From: Octopus bimaculoides
Lineage: Eukaryota
DNA length: 35,791 bases
NCBI RefSeq assembly: GCF_001194135.2
Contig: NC_068983.1
Coordinates: 147,233,222 to 147,269,012, forward strand
Reading direction: 5' to 3'
Shown here: one piece after another, positions 24,646 to 35,791 of the stretch
How positions within the stretch are numbered: the stretch's first letter is position 1
How the letters are laid out: the number at the start of each line of letters is the position of its first letter
Program-made: the position numbers and the translations under genes
The notes under the pieces: generated by a model
Database searches by the model: none
Told to the model about the DNA's origin: nothing
What the model saw: only the letters and a program-made list of their open reading frames with translations

Positions 24646-25000
24646 AGACTGGAGTCAGACCAGTATCTCTGAGCCTGCTGGGTGCAACACTGTCACCATC
24701 AAGGGCTTTAGTTTCATTACCACCATTATTCACAATATTTTATTTTTTCATTGTCACTCATATATGAGGTAGCAATTATCAGGTTGCGCAATTACCAGTA
24801 TTTTTATTGTGACACCATCACTAGATGTAGCATCGATCAGGACATAGGGAGGTTCCAACCACTTCCTTTCACTATTATTACTATCATCACTGATATTATG
24901 ATTTTCATTTTTGTACTATTTGTCATTGTTAATATTTCCTCTGCTCCGACATGAGTTTTGGCTAAACTATTATTATTATTGTTGTTGTTGTTGTTGTTGT

Positions 25001-25509
25001 TCTGGAAGACTCTCGGATAGTTCTTAATTACCGGTTGTTCTTTACTTGAAAGCAGGCAATGACAAATCACCAAAGGCTTCAAGTAGTGCCTTCTCCTGTG
25101 ACTCAAAGAGACAACACTCTCCTTAGAATGGGAGCTATACCCAACAATGTTGTCTTCTGGATCACTTCAAGCCTGAGAGCAGCGCCAATATTCTTAATAT
25201 GTTTTTTAAAGCCCTTGGAAATTGCTCCTAATGTTCCAGTTACCACTGGTATCACCATTACTTTCCTCATACCCCATAACTTTACTATCTCGTCCCGCAG
25301 TGGCTGGTATTTCTCAGTTTTCTGTTTCCTTACATTTCACCCTTGAATTGCCTGGTATTGCATCATCTATCATCTTCACTTCTTTTTCATCTTTATAGAT
25401 GATCACTATATCTGGCCGTCTCACCTCTATGACTTGGTCGCACTGTATGTTAAAATCCCAGAATATTTTGCAATGTTCGTTTACCGTTACTCCCTTTGGC
25501 CTGTGTTCA

Positions 25510-25510
<1 letters not shown>
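25001..25510 (-). mobile_element. REL endonuclease 3' fragment flanked on both sides by (AAT)n-type tracts
   Basis: KILWDFNIQCDQVIEVRRPDIVI...KYQPLRDEI.KLW...IPVVTG.LGA...LLG...LRRVLSL*. Tracts at 24968-25001 and 25510-25585. Confidence 0.85.
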
Positions 25511-25585
<75 letters not shown>

Positions 25586-25589
25586 TAAA

Positions 25590-26764
25590 TAACGTGCTTT
25601 CACTTCACTACCGAGCGCAGCTCTGTGCGCCTTGGGTATGTGCTGTGGTTTGCTGTGGTGCTCTTATGTTTACTGTATTGAAAGTGTTTTGCGTAGAATG
25701 TGTGCCGTACCCAGTAGTGCANNNNNNNNNNNNNNNNNNNNNNNNNNNNNNNNNNNNNNNNNNNNNNNNNNNNNNNNNNNNNNNNNNNNNNNNNNNNNNN
25801 NNNNNNNNNNNNNNNNNNNNNNNNNNNNNNNNNNNNNNNNNNNNNNNNNNNNNNNNNNNNNNNNNNNNNNNNNNNNNNNNNNNNNNNNNNNNNNNNNNNN
25901 NNNNNNNNNNNNNNNNNNNNNNNNNNNNNNNNNNNNNNNNNNNNNNNNNNNNNNNNNNNNNNNNNNNNNNNNNNNNNNNNNNNNNNNNNNNNNNNNNNNN
26001 NNNNNNNNNNNNNNNNNNNNNNNNNNNNNNNNNNNNNNNNNNNNNNNNNNNNNNNNNNNNNNNNNNNNNNNNNNNNNNNNNNNNNNNNNNNNNNNNNNNN
26101 NNNNNNNNNNNNNNNNNNNNNNNNNNNNNNNNNNNNNNNNNNNNNNNNNNNNNNNNNNNNNNNNNNNNNNNNNNNNNNNNNNNNNNNNNNNNNNNNNNNN
26201 NNNNNNNNNNNNNNNNNNNNNNNNNNNNNNNNNNNNNNNNNNNNNNNNNNNNNNNNNNNNNNNNNNNNNNNNNNNNNNNNNNNNNNNNNNNNNNNNNNNN
26301 NNNNNNNNNNNNNNNNNNNNNNNNNNNNNNNNNNNNNNNNNNNNNNNNNNNNNNNNNNNNNNNNNNNNNNNNNNNNNNNNNNNNNNNNNNNNNNNNNNNN
26401 NNNNNNNNNNNNNNNNNNNNNNNNNNNNNNNNNNNNNNNNNNNNNNNNNNNNNNNNNNNNNNNNNNNNNNNNNNNNNNNNNNNNNNNNNNNNNNNNNNNN
26501 NNNNNNNNNNNNNNNNNNNNNNNNNNNNNNNNNNNNNNNNNNNNNNNNNNNNNNNNNNNNNNNNNNNNNNNNNNNNNNNNNNNNNNNNNNNNNNNNNNNN
26601 NNNNNNNNNNNNNNNNNNNNNNNNNNNNNNNNNNNNNNNNNNNNNNNNNNNNNNNNNNNNNNNNNNNNNNNNNNNNNNNNNNNNNNNNNNNNNNNNNNNN
26701 NNNNNNNNNNNNNNNNNGAGATAATATGATTTATTGTTTCTTGTCGATCTCCACATATTCTACA

Positions 26765-26765
<1 letters not shown>
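25590..26765 (-). mobile_element. REL LINE 3' fragment spanning the assembly gap
   Basis: CRICGDRQETINHII on the right of the gap and ALLGTAHILRKTLSIQ* plus 3'UTR into (AAT)n on the left. Continuity across the gap is inferred. Confidence 0.65.
25722..26717. other. Assembly gap
   Basis: N bases. Confidence 1.
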
Positions 26766-26823
<58 letters not shown>

Positions 26824-26835
26824 TATTACTATTAC

Positions 26836-26881
<46 letters not shown>

Positions 26882-26882
26882 T
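26766..26882. repeat. (TTA)n microsatellite
   Basis: Direct reading. Confidence 0.97.
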
Positions 26883-26994
26883 ACTTTGAATCTGGGGCGA
26901 GTGAAAGATGAGATGTTACACTTTGACTGAAAGCTTGGGGAGGGGAAATGGCAGGGGCAGTAGTGAAATATCTTCATGTAATACAACACAGACA

Positions 26995-27530
26995 TTAAAA
27001 ATTGATAGGGTTTTTCTAAAGATGTGGGTAGTACTTGTCACCACAATCTTTCGAATTTCTCTGAGAGATGGTTCTCCTGGGATTTTATCTAGATGTTTCT
27101 GACATCCCTTTCTTATTATACCTAGGGCACCTACAATAACATGAACAGCTCACGCTTTAAGATGCCACATCCTTTGTATTTCAATTTCCAATATTTACTT
27201 AATTTGTCAAATTCCTTTACAGCTATATTTTTATCATTAGTCTACAAGTATTATATTAGTCTACAAGTGTGTATATTAGTCTACAAGTATGTTCTTCCCC
27301 GTCTATAATAATTATGTCTGGTCGATTAGCCTGGATCGTTCTATCAGTGTTGACTGGAAAATCCCAGTGGATAGTGACATCGTTACCTTCAGCGACAGGC
27401 TAATGTTCATATCAGTAAACAGGAGTGCTGATTTTATAGTGTTTACATATTTTCCAATGTAAATACTGTCCTATCCTATCATGGCCATTTTTGTATTCGT
27501 TTAGTGTCAGCACAGGATATCCAGAGACGA
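26995..27530 (-). mobile_element. REL LINE 3' fragment
   Basis: HDRIGQYLHWKICKHY, IHWDFPVNTDRTIQANRPDIII, VIVGALG, STTHIFRKTLSIL. Internal triplication of attagtctacaagt at 27236-27288. Confidence 0.85.
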
Positions 27531-27722
27531 GATTATTATTATTATTATTATTATTGGCAAACAGAACACAGTCGTGTGTCGATAAGCCAGCTGGAGGAGA
27601 TGTCCTCCTGGGGCTAAAAGCAACAGTAACATCCACCCCTAGGGGTCAGCCACACTTAAGTGGCAATATACTACACTTTATCGTGCAGTTACTGTTAATA
27701 CTTCATTTAGAGAATTAACATT

Positions 27723-27723
27723 G

Positions 27724-27763
<40 letters not shown>

Positions 27764-27787
27764 ATTATTATTATTATTATTATTAAA

Positions 27788-27835
<48 letters not shown>

Positions 27836-27852
27836 TACTACTACTACTACTA
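27723..27852. repeat. (TTA)n/(CTA)n microsatellite
   Basis: Direct reading. Confidence 0.95.
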
Positions 27853-27854
27853 TA

Positions 27855-28100
27855 TATATGTGTCAGTATATGTGCGCATTTGTGCGTGTATTTGCGTCAG
27901 TATTTGTCCTCCACCACTGCTTGACAAACTGTGTTGGTTTATGTTCTTGTAACATTAGTGTTTCGGCAAAAAATAACCGATAGAATAAGTACAATGACTC
28001 AAACACATAAATACTGGGGTCGTACGACTAAAATTCTTCAAGGTAGTGTCCCAGTATGGCCGCAGTATAATGACTGAATCATCTAAATGACAAAAGATAA
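27855..28100 (+). mobile_element. SINE 3' half (same family as 4177-4985)
   Basis: ccaccactgcttgaca...ttcggcaa...gaataagta...cgactaaaattcttcaagg...ggccgcagt matches 4795-4975. Confidence 0.72.
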
Positions 28101-31100
28101 AAGACTGCAGCATTCCCTATACATGTCTTCACTATTAACTGTTGCATTCAGTGTTTGCACACTTTTTTCTGAGAAACAGGTTTTCAGTCAACCATCCCGA
28201 AATAGTCAGAACCTTCTTCAATTACTGACGTATTCAACACATTCAAAGTCCATACATTGTCCTAGCTCTCCATATCAGTCAGAACTTGGTCAGCAGTTCC
28301 CAATTTTGGTTTTCATCTCACTTTATCTCTCAGCTTTACCTCGCTGATTACCATTAACTTTCTCTACACATAATTTTAGAACGATTATTTTCATCAAAAA
28401 TGATACCGCAAAGTAGTCGTTTTCAAACATTTACTTAATCAGTCATTCAGGTTACTCATGTTATTTCAGTACAATCTCTATATACTGTTGATTTAATTTT
28501 AATTGATTCCACTTTTTCTACATCTTGCATGTTTCTATTTTGAAAATATAAAGTTAAACTTTAGTTTAAATTCAAATAGATGCGCAACCATATAGATAAT
28601 CTACTAGCTATAATTACCACTGTCTTACAAATCATTAATATATGTATGCACAATAGCTTTAGAGTAAGTTTAAACAACGCATTACAGCATCATATCATTT
28701 ATGATGCTATAATGATAATTTTAAGATGTAATAATTGCAATTTATTAAAAGTAGAATTGCAGATTATAAAGAAATACAGCTGACATATCTGATAACATTT
28801 TAATACAACTGACTATTAATGCACATATTCTTCCTGTTTTAAATAACATGAAATATATATCTAGCACAATGTATAGACAAGGAACTAAACACAACCCAAT
28901 CACAAATGTAGTAACAGACTGAGTATTACAATTTAATTAACTTGGAATCAATATGAAAGAAAAGAAATATATTTGAGATCACAAATAGACAAAAATGCAT
29001 AACAAAGATAATATTGAAAGCATGAAATATACATAGAGATAGGCATAAAACTCTTGATCACTCATAAGCACGAATTGGTATGGGAGTACCTAGTTGTGGT
29101 CGTCATAGTTGTTTTTGTTCCATCTTAATTCTCATTTGATGACAGTTTTTCCTGCTGTGACTACGCTGTCTTGTCTTCGGGAAAAATGTGTCCAGTACTA
29201 CATTATCCAATGTATACTTCCCTATTGTAATGATGTAGGATGTTATTTGTGGGAGATTTGCCTGCTATTTCTGATACATTGAGTGACTGCGTAGAAGCTC
29301 AACGCAATATTTCAATCATTGGCTCTTCTTAGTGATTCCAACATTCACTCTATGCAGTAAATTTATCTCCTAAAACTGTCAGCCAAACTATCTTCAAATA
29401 TCACACTGTCGTCTAAAAAGCGAAACGTATATACTAGACAATGCAATTCTCGAAACACTTTTTAATATTGAAGATTTATAGACATAAGTGGAACGTTTTC
29501 GTTCAGAGTTTAACAACGTCAGCTAGTACTTGCCCAGTTCCAGGCTGGTAAGAGAGCAGGTACTGAGTTGTAGAGTGAGACAACGCGTCAGAGAAGAAGG
29601 CAAAGATTATATTATTAATATCTATATGCACAGTAGCTTTAGAATAAATTTAAACAACAACTTACAGCATCAACATATTATTTATTAATCATTAGTTCTC
29701 AATAAAATCCAAAAGATTTTCATGACAATTGACATCTGAACAGTAAATAAAGTAAATGAAAGCACTTTATTCATACGAGATTTATGTATGTTATATAGAT
29801 TAATTTAATGGAATCATGGCAGATACTCAAGAGTCTTGTTCAGTCAAAACATTTTATTTTATTCGAGAATAATGAAACTTAAATGCGTGATTCTTTCACG
29901 AAGCTGCATCGGAAGATATCTAAAACACGGCTGACAGCAGGAAATGATGATGAAATGCAGTTTCTGTGGTGAAGCATAAACTTGAAATCGAGAAGGCATG
30001 TAAGACTTACAGAAAAATAGTTAAACTACTTGATTATCAAAAGATTATTTTGACAGTATATGTTTGCATGAGAAACTAGGTTATATTTCTTAAGAATTCT
30101 AAAGTATTCTTTGAGAATGTCCAGTATTGTTTCTTGCATCGTTTCTCTTGGCATACTTGAGTTAACATCAGTTTTTACGCTAACATCTTTTGATACATGC
30201 CTGATTTAAAGATTAAGAGCCTGAATTTTTGTATCAATAATTTAGATTTACTTGGATGGATCCACTGAAGATCATCGCTTTTATGTTGACTCCGAATTTG
30301 CATCATATTTTCGCAGAACGTCTCTTCAAAATTGGCCTGTACGTATGTCAGGTCGGTGTGTCTAAGAGAGCTGAGCCTTTTTTGATAGATATTAGTCTTA
30401 ATTATTAAATACACTGAGGTTAACACCAAATAATATTTTTTGCCTTTAATTCTGGATAATGTTGTGTATTGCAAGACTATATGAGATGTATTTTCCACGA
30501 AAATTGTTATGCTTTGTAGTACTTTCTTTCGTGTACCTACTCCATATTACCTCCTAGGTCACGGTTAGCTCAAGAAACAAGCCATGCCAAATCATATATG
30601 CTGTATCATTATTGTTTTATGGCTTTAATGTATGAATGTTTTTCTCGAATAGATCGGCATCTTCCAATTATTAACATCATATAGAAGTCTGAATGACAGC
30701 CTCTCTTAATTCATATAATTTCACTGTTTCTCAAATTCTTGTGAAAAGTAAAAAAAACAATGTTAATTTGTGTTGACATTGAGGTACTTGTGTTGCTGGT
30801 GCAGTGCATTGGAACTCAGATACATTTATGCTTGAGTAGTTGGGCGTGCGTGTGCGCGCGTGTGTATGTGTGTGCTTCAGGATTCTTTTCCATGCTCGTC
30901 TCGCATATGGAGAAATACAGTCAAATGAATAAATCCCATGATTTCACTCTTGAATGATGGAGCTTAAATTTCAGAGGAGTGGAATTTGAACACTGAACAT
31001 AAAATTACGTACCTCAATAACATAAGATTTCTTTTTCAGCGTCTACGGCCTTATTACACATTTAATTTTGCAAACCTGTTTATTTTCTAACTTCATATAA

Positions 31101-31285
31101 TTCTATAAACGGTGAAATCATGAACGGACAGCGATTAATTTTTGACTGTTAAAAGATTAGATTTAATTACTGTAAATAAATATCTCTGATCACTAAATAT
31201 ATGCGTTCCTTAGATCGTCTGAGAGATTCATATTTATCTATTTATACATTTGTTTTAATAGCTAAGATTGTATATCACATTTCAG

Positions 31286-31603
31286 GGTCACATTGGATGT
31301 TTGAAATTGTTAATATGATATTGACAGGAAACAGTGAAAGGGTTTCCTTGCTAAAAGAAGACATGTTATTAGATAGTGCACCTGCTGAACTACTTGATTC
31401 CACTAAATCACCTCGATTCTTGAACACGCATCTTCATCCTGAACTTCTGCCTCCAGAATTGCTAAAGGATCATAAAATTATCTTCCTCAACCGCAACCCA
31501 AAAGCTGTGCTGGTGTCGTCGTACAGACATACATTAAACGTTAATTTGTTGGACTACAAAGGAGATTTTCCAAGCTATTTTGATCTTTGGATAAAAGGAG
31601 AAG
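31286..31603 (+). CDS. SULT-fold gene copy D, coding exon 2
   Basis: ttcag|gg; 318 nt as in copy B; SHWMFEIVNMI...FLNTHLH...RNPKAVLVSSYRH...LWIKGE; donor g|gtaag. Confidence 0.93.
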
Positions 31604-31944
31604 GTAAGCCTATCAAGTTATTGTTACTACTAATAATTTGTTACTACTACTAATTTGAAAGTTTATTTCATACTCTTCTGTAGGTGAAATATGGAAATGA
31701 AATTAGTTATCCCTCCATGTTATTTCTGCCTGTACCCCACAAAGCCATGCATCTACAAATGTATCGTTGTATCTGAACATAGATCTTGTCACAATCAAAG
31801 TCGTGTATCGATAATGACATTCAACCGAGATGTATAAGTGCAACCTTAGACGTTTATCTTACATATTCCTTGTCGTTCTTCTTAGAACATGTATGTTCTT
31901 CTCAGATATTGATTTGAAGATTTTGAATTGCATCTAACATTTAA

Positions 31945-32000
31945 ACGGCGCTGCCCCAGCATGGCCACAGCTTAGAGCTGAAACTGATAAACAAAAAAAC
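31945..32000 (+). mobile_element. SINE 3' terminus
   Basis: ggcgctgccccagcatggccacagc...ctgaaac matches the ends of the other SINE copies. Confidence 0.5.
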
Positions 32001-32966
32001 ATTCGTAGATGTAGTAGTGAATCATCTGCAGACGAAACGCAAAATGAGCATCCAACGTTGATATTTATGTATTTCATTTCAATTTAAACCAGAGATTCGC
32101 GTTCAAAAGCAACAATCTTTTTCTTTTCAGTTTAACACCACACCCAAGAATTATCAGAGTCATCCTGTTGCAAGCATTCGGTTCCTGTCTCTTTACTGCT
32201 AGTCTAGGAAGCATTGTCAATGACCATGTACCCTATATTTCTCTCCTGATAAAATCATCGACACAATCCCAACGTCGTGACTCATCTGTGCTGCTTTTCA
32301 TCCTCTTACATTTCCATCATTTTGCTTTAAGATGTTACTGTTGGTTCAATTCCATGCTTCGCACCTGGTCTATCCGTCCTTTGTATTCATGGAGTAACTT
32401 ATTTGTCTTCTCCTCAGACCACTTCCCCACTCATTTTTATGGATTTTAACGTTTGTCTCATATTCTCTCAACACTTTTTATTTCATATTCTCTTATTGAT
32501 ATTTTCTACCTGGTCACAAAATACATATCAAGTCAAGTCTATTTTTTCATTTAATTTTTTTTAGATTATATCAATGGAAGTATACTCTGATCTCATGTTA
32601 ACTAAGAACATATTATATTCAATATTCTGAGATTTTCAATGCATTATATCGGAAAATTCATATTTTTATTAAACTTTTTTATCTATTATCAATCACCTCT
32701 GTTGTATGCACAGAAATACTATCAATATGACGTTGCAAATATCTATGTTAGATGCACTGATGAAAATATAAATTTCACAAATTCTCTCTATAATTGTCTG
32801 TAAAATATAAAATTTTGTACTCACTTCCCAAAAAGTTGCCTAAAATATTTTCGTTTTAAGCATTGCATTGTCATTATAATTTAATTTAACGTTATGAGCA
32901 GAGGGTTTGGCTATTCTTTTGAAAGTTATTACATAAACATATCAATTTATTCTTTTAATTTTTCAG

Positions 32967-33064
32967 TTCCTTATGGTGATTACTTTGAATACGTTCAGGA
33001 AATTTATGCTCTATGTAAAGATAACCCAAATGCACTTATCATAACTTACGAAGAAATGAAAGCA
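32967..33064 (+). CDS. SULT-fold gene copy D, coding exon 3
   Basis: tttcag|tt; 98 nt; (V)PYGDYFEYVQEIY...IITYEEMKA|gtaat; 26/33 aa identical to copy B exon 3. Confidence 0.92.
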
Positions 33065-33349
33065 GTAATTATATATTAATTATGTTTAATTTTATAATAA
33101 TTTATTTCGTGTTTTTGTTTCCCGTGTACACAAAAGATATCCAAAGTATAAAGTTTAACTTTTAAATAATTCCAATTGAAAAAGTATAATTACCACATAG
33201 AATATATCCCTTCACATGCCTTCCACATTTTTTTAATGCATTTCTTTTAACGTATTAATCAGAGAAATTGTTTTACGCATGTAAGAAAACATTTTAACGT
33301 TAAATACTGAAAATTTCACAATTTGACTTCAATTATTTCTCTTCAACAG

Positions 33350-33527
33350 GATATGTCCAAAGCAGTGTCACGTGTTGCTAAGTTCTTGGGGAAAACTATT
33401 TCAGACCAACTTACAGAGAGTATTGTTGATATGTGTTCATTTGATAAAATGAAATCTGAGAAAAATGTGACTAATTCGTTTTTAATCAAAGATCATTTCG
33501 TAGAAGGCGGTACTATCTACCATTCTG
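33350..33527 (+). CDS. SULT-fold gene copy D, coding exon 4 (exon 5 not in window)
   Basis: ttcaacag|gat; 178 nt, one codon shorter than B; DMSKAVSRVAKFLGK...CSFDKMKSEK...GGTIYHS-G|gtaat. Confidence 0.92.
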
Positions 33528-33565
33528 GTAATTATGTTAATATTTTATTCCAATAAACTTTCTTG

Positions 33566-35105
33566 TAGGGTGCTTTTACGTGCCACCTGCAAAAAAACCA
33601 GTCCAGCGACACTGGCCACAACCTTGCTCGAATATTTTTTTACGTGCCACCGGCACAAGTGCCAGTAAGGCAACGCTGGTAACGATCATGCTCGAATGGT
33701 GCTTTTTACGTGCCACCAGTCAGCTGCTCGGATAGTGCTCTCAGCGCTCCCAATTTCGATTTCACTTGCCTCAACAGGTCTTCACATGCAGAGTTTAGTG
33801 TCCAATGAAGGAAAGGTACGCATAAGTGGGCTGGTTACACCACTGGCATAGGCCACGGGTTATGGTCTCACTTGGCTTGCCGAGTCTTCTCAAATACAGA
33901 GGTCTCGGTCACTAGTCATTGCCTCGGTGAGGCCCAATGTTCGAAGGTTGTGCTTCACCACCTCATTCCAGGTCTTCCTGGGTCTACCTCTTCCACAGGT
34001 ACCCTCAATCACTAGGGTGTGGCACTTTTTCACACAGCTATCCTTATCCATTCTCGCCACATGACCATACCAGTGCAGTCGTCTCTCTTACACATCACAT
34101 CTGATGCTTCTTAGGTCCAACTTTTCTCTCAAGGTACTTATACTCTGTCGAGTATGCACACTGACATTACACATCCAACAACTTGATATCTCTGTAATTG
34201 TTTGTATCTAAAGCATCACCTTTACCTTTATAGCAGTTGACTATAGTGCTGCTACACCAGTCATTGGGTATGACTCCGTGTGACAAGACCGATATTTTGA
34301 GCATCTTTGCAGTGATTCCTGATGGGCCGGAGGCTTTCCCTGTCTTAATACTCTTAATTGCTTTATCTACCAAGGTACTGTCAATTCGAATAGCTGTTGG
34401 GTCGACATTCAGCAGACTCTCTTTCTCCCATTCATTCTCTGTATTGAGTAACCTTTCATAGTGGCGTCTCCAGACCTCTCTCTTTGCAGCCTCGTTTAGT
34501 GCAAGTGAACCATCATCCATGCAGACACATTTCTCTCCAATAACATCACGATTCTCTCTCACACACTGTCTTGCAACATGAAATACCTCAAGTCTTTGGT
34601 CTTCATGGCGCAGAACATTGGCAAAATTTTACTTATCTGCTTCCCCTCCTAGCTTCCGTTCTGGCAGTCTGATACAATTCTCTGCTACCACCGTTCTTCC
34701 AGTACTTCCAAGCCTGTCTCTTTTCTCTAATAGCCCTGTCAACAACATTATTCCATCACCACGTTATTTTGGGTCTAGAGGGGACTTTGCACTATCCACA
34801 GATCTACTCATTGGCCCTCAGCAGGTTGTCCTGTAGAAACCTCCAGTTGTCTTCCACAGAGTATATCTCCTTCTATTTCGTCAAAGGCATCGAGTAATAC
34901 GTCTCTAAATCTCTGTCCATTCGCACGATCTTTAAACTTACAGACCCTTCTCCTCCATGCTGGTCGTCTTCTGGGCATCCATTTAGCCCTGATCCTGAAG
35001 TCGCTAACTACCAGTCATGTTGTGGGGTACATTCTTTGCCTGGGAAGGTTTTGGAATTTATAGGCAGCCATCTTTCTCTTTTTCTGGCGAGGATGTAGTC
35101 AACTA
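33566..35105 (-). mobile_element. RTE-clade LINE, 5'-truncated, RT core deleted
   Basis: End of the APE domain (VDYILARK), WWWNN, KGKGDA...NYR.IKLL, then directly the post-RT C-terminus (WYGHV.RM, RGRPRKTW). The 3' tail has repeated ttttacgtgccacc. Confidence 0.88.
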
Positions 35106-35768
35106 GCAAATTTAGACGAGAGCATCTTCTGGATACATTCTTTCGGTGGAGGTATTAAAAATCGAGTAGGGGAGTCCGAGTGCGTGCGTTTATTTTATAT
35201 AGGGTGGGGATGGAGATGGTGGTGGAGGAAGTCTTGGTGAAGCAAGTGGTAATCAAAAGAGAGATAGACAGACAGACAGAGTGAGGCAGAGAGAGAGAGA
35301 GGTGGGTGCTAGAGTTACGGTGGTCAGAACACAATGGAGAAAAATACTCTTTTGAGATTGGGATTTGAGTAGCATAATTTAACGAAATAGCAAATGTCGA
35401 TAATAGTAAAATAGAATTGAAAAAACCTTAGAGTTTTCGGTCAGCCAATCTATGACAAAATTAGAGAAACAAGTGACTGTGTGATAAACTTGAATAAATG
35501 AATATGCGGCGGTTAAGGATATGCGTAAACTGAGGTTATCTTAAGGCAACAACGAGGAAAACGAAACTGTTGAAACTACATGTTTACATGTTTATTTTGA
35601 AACTATATTTACAAGTTTACAGAATAATGAAAAGAACTAATAAGGGGTTTATGATCTGCGCAGAAATAGAAGAGTAGATGAACGAGGTTGAAAAGACAAA
35701 ACTTCTTATCTGAGCATCTTCTGAAATTCGTATCCTTTCGGCAGAGGTATTAAAAAATCGATACAAAC

Positions 35769-35791
35769 ATATATATATATATATATATATA
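35769..35791. repeat. (TA)n microsatellite at window end
   Basis: Direct reading. Copies A and B also have (TA)n shortly upstream of exon 5. Confidence 0.9.

Noticed and set aside
27236-27288. Three spaced 14-bp repeats (attagtctacaagt)
   Set aside because: Local slippage triplication inside a LINE fragment; spacers are only 5-6 nt.
28105-28350. Possible CR1/L2 endonuclease remnant
   Set aside because: Only faint resemblance; no diagnostic motif could be read confidently.
32100-32450. Myb-like 'GKWSEEKTNKLL' on the minus strand
   Set aside because: Surrounded by stops with no splice context; probably a decayed repeat or chance.
33566-33720. Recurrent ttttacgtgccacc motif as a regulatory or E-box cluster
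   Set aside because: It is part of the RTE 3' tail and recurs with the RTE fragment at 2071.

Overview
AT-rich, microsatellite- and transposon-dense animal genomic DNA with three assembly gaps. The SINE and LINE repertoire suggests an octopod cephalopod (inference, not provable from the window). The only host genes are a plus-strand tandem array of cytosolic sulfotransferase (SULT)-fold genes with one 5-coding-exon structure. Copy A has only its last exon here (105-211). Copy B is complete and intact, 312 aa (3594-10575). Copy C is a dead orphan exon 2 (about 15920-16105). Copy D has intact exons 1-4 (22649-33527), with exon 5 presumably beyond the window. The key observation is that every readable copy has lost the basic residues that bind the PAPS cofactor: the PSB-loop Lys became Gly or Ala, and RKGxxGxWK became HSGKVDTWK. 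The reading frames, splice sites, catalytic His, RNPK/Ser motif, KxxxTVxxxE dimerisation motif and poly(A) signals are retained. This points to an expanding family of SULT pseudo-enzymes or neofunctionalised binding proteins. The rest is decayed mobile DNA: four mariners, a Merlin-like remnant, two RTE LINE pieces, about ten R4/Dong-like REL-LINE fragments sitting in (AAT)n tracts, and SINEs.
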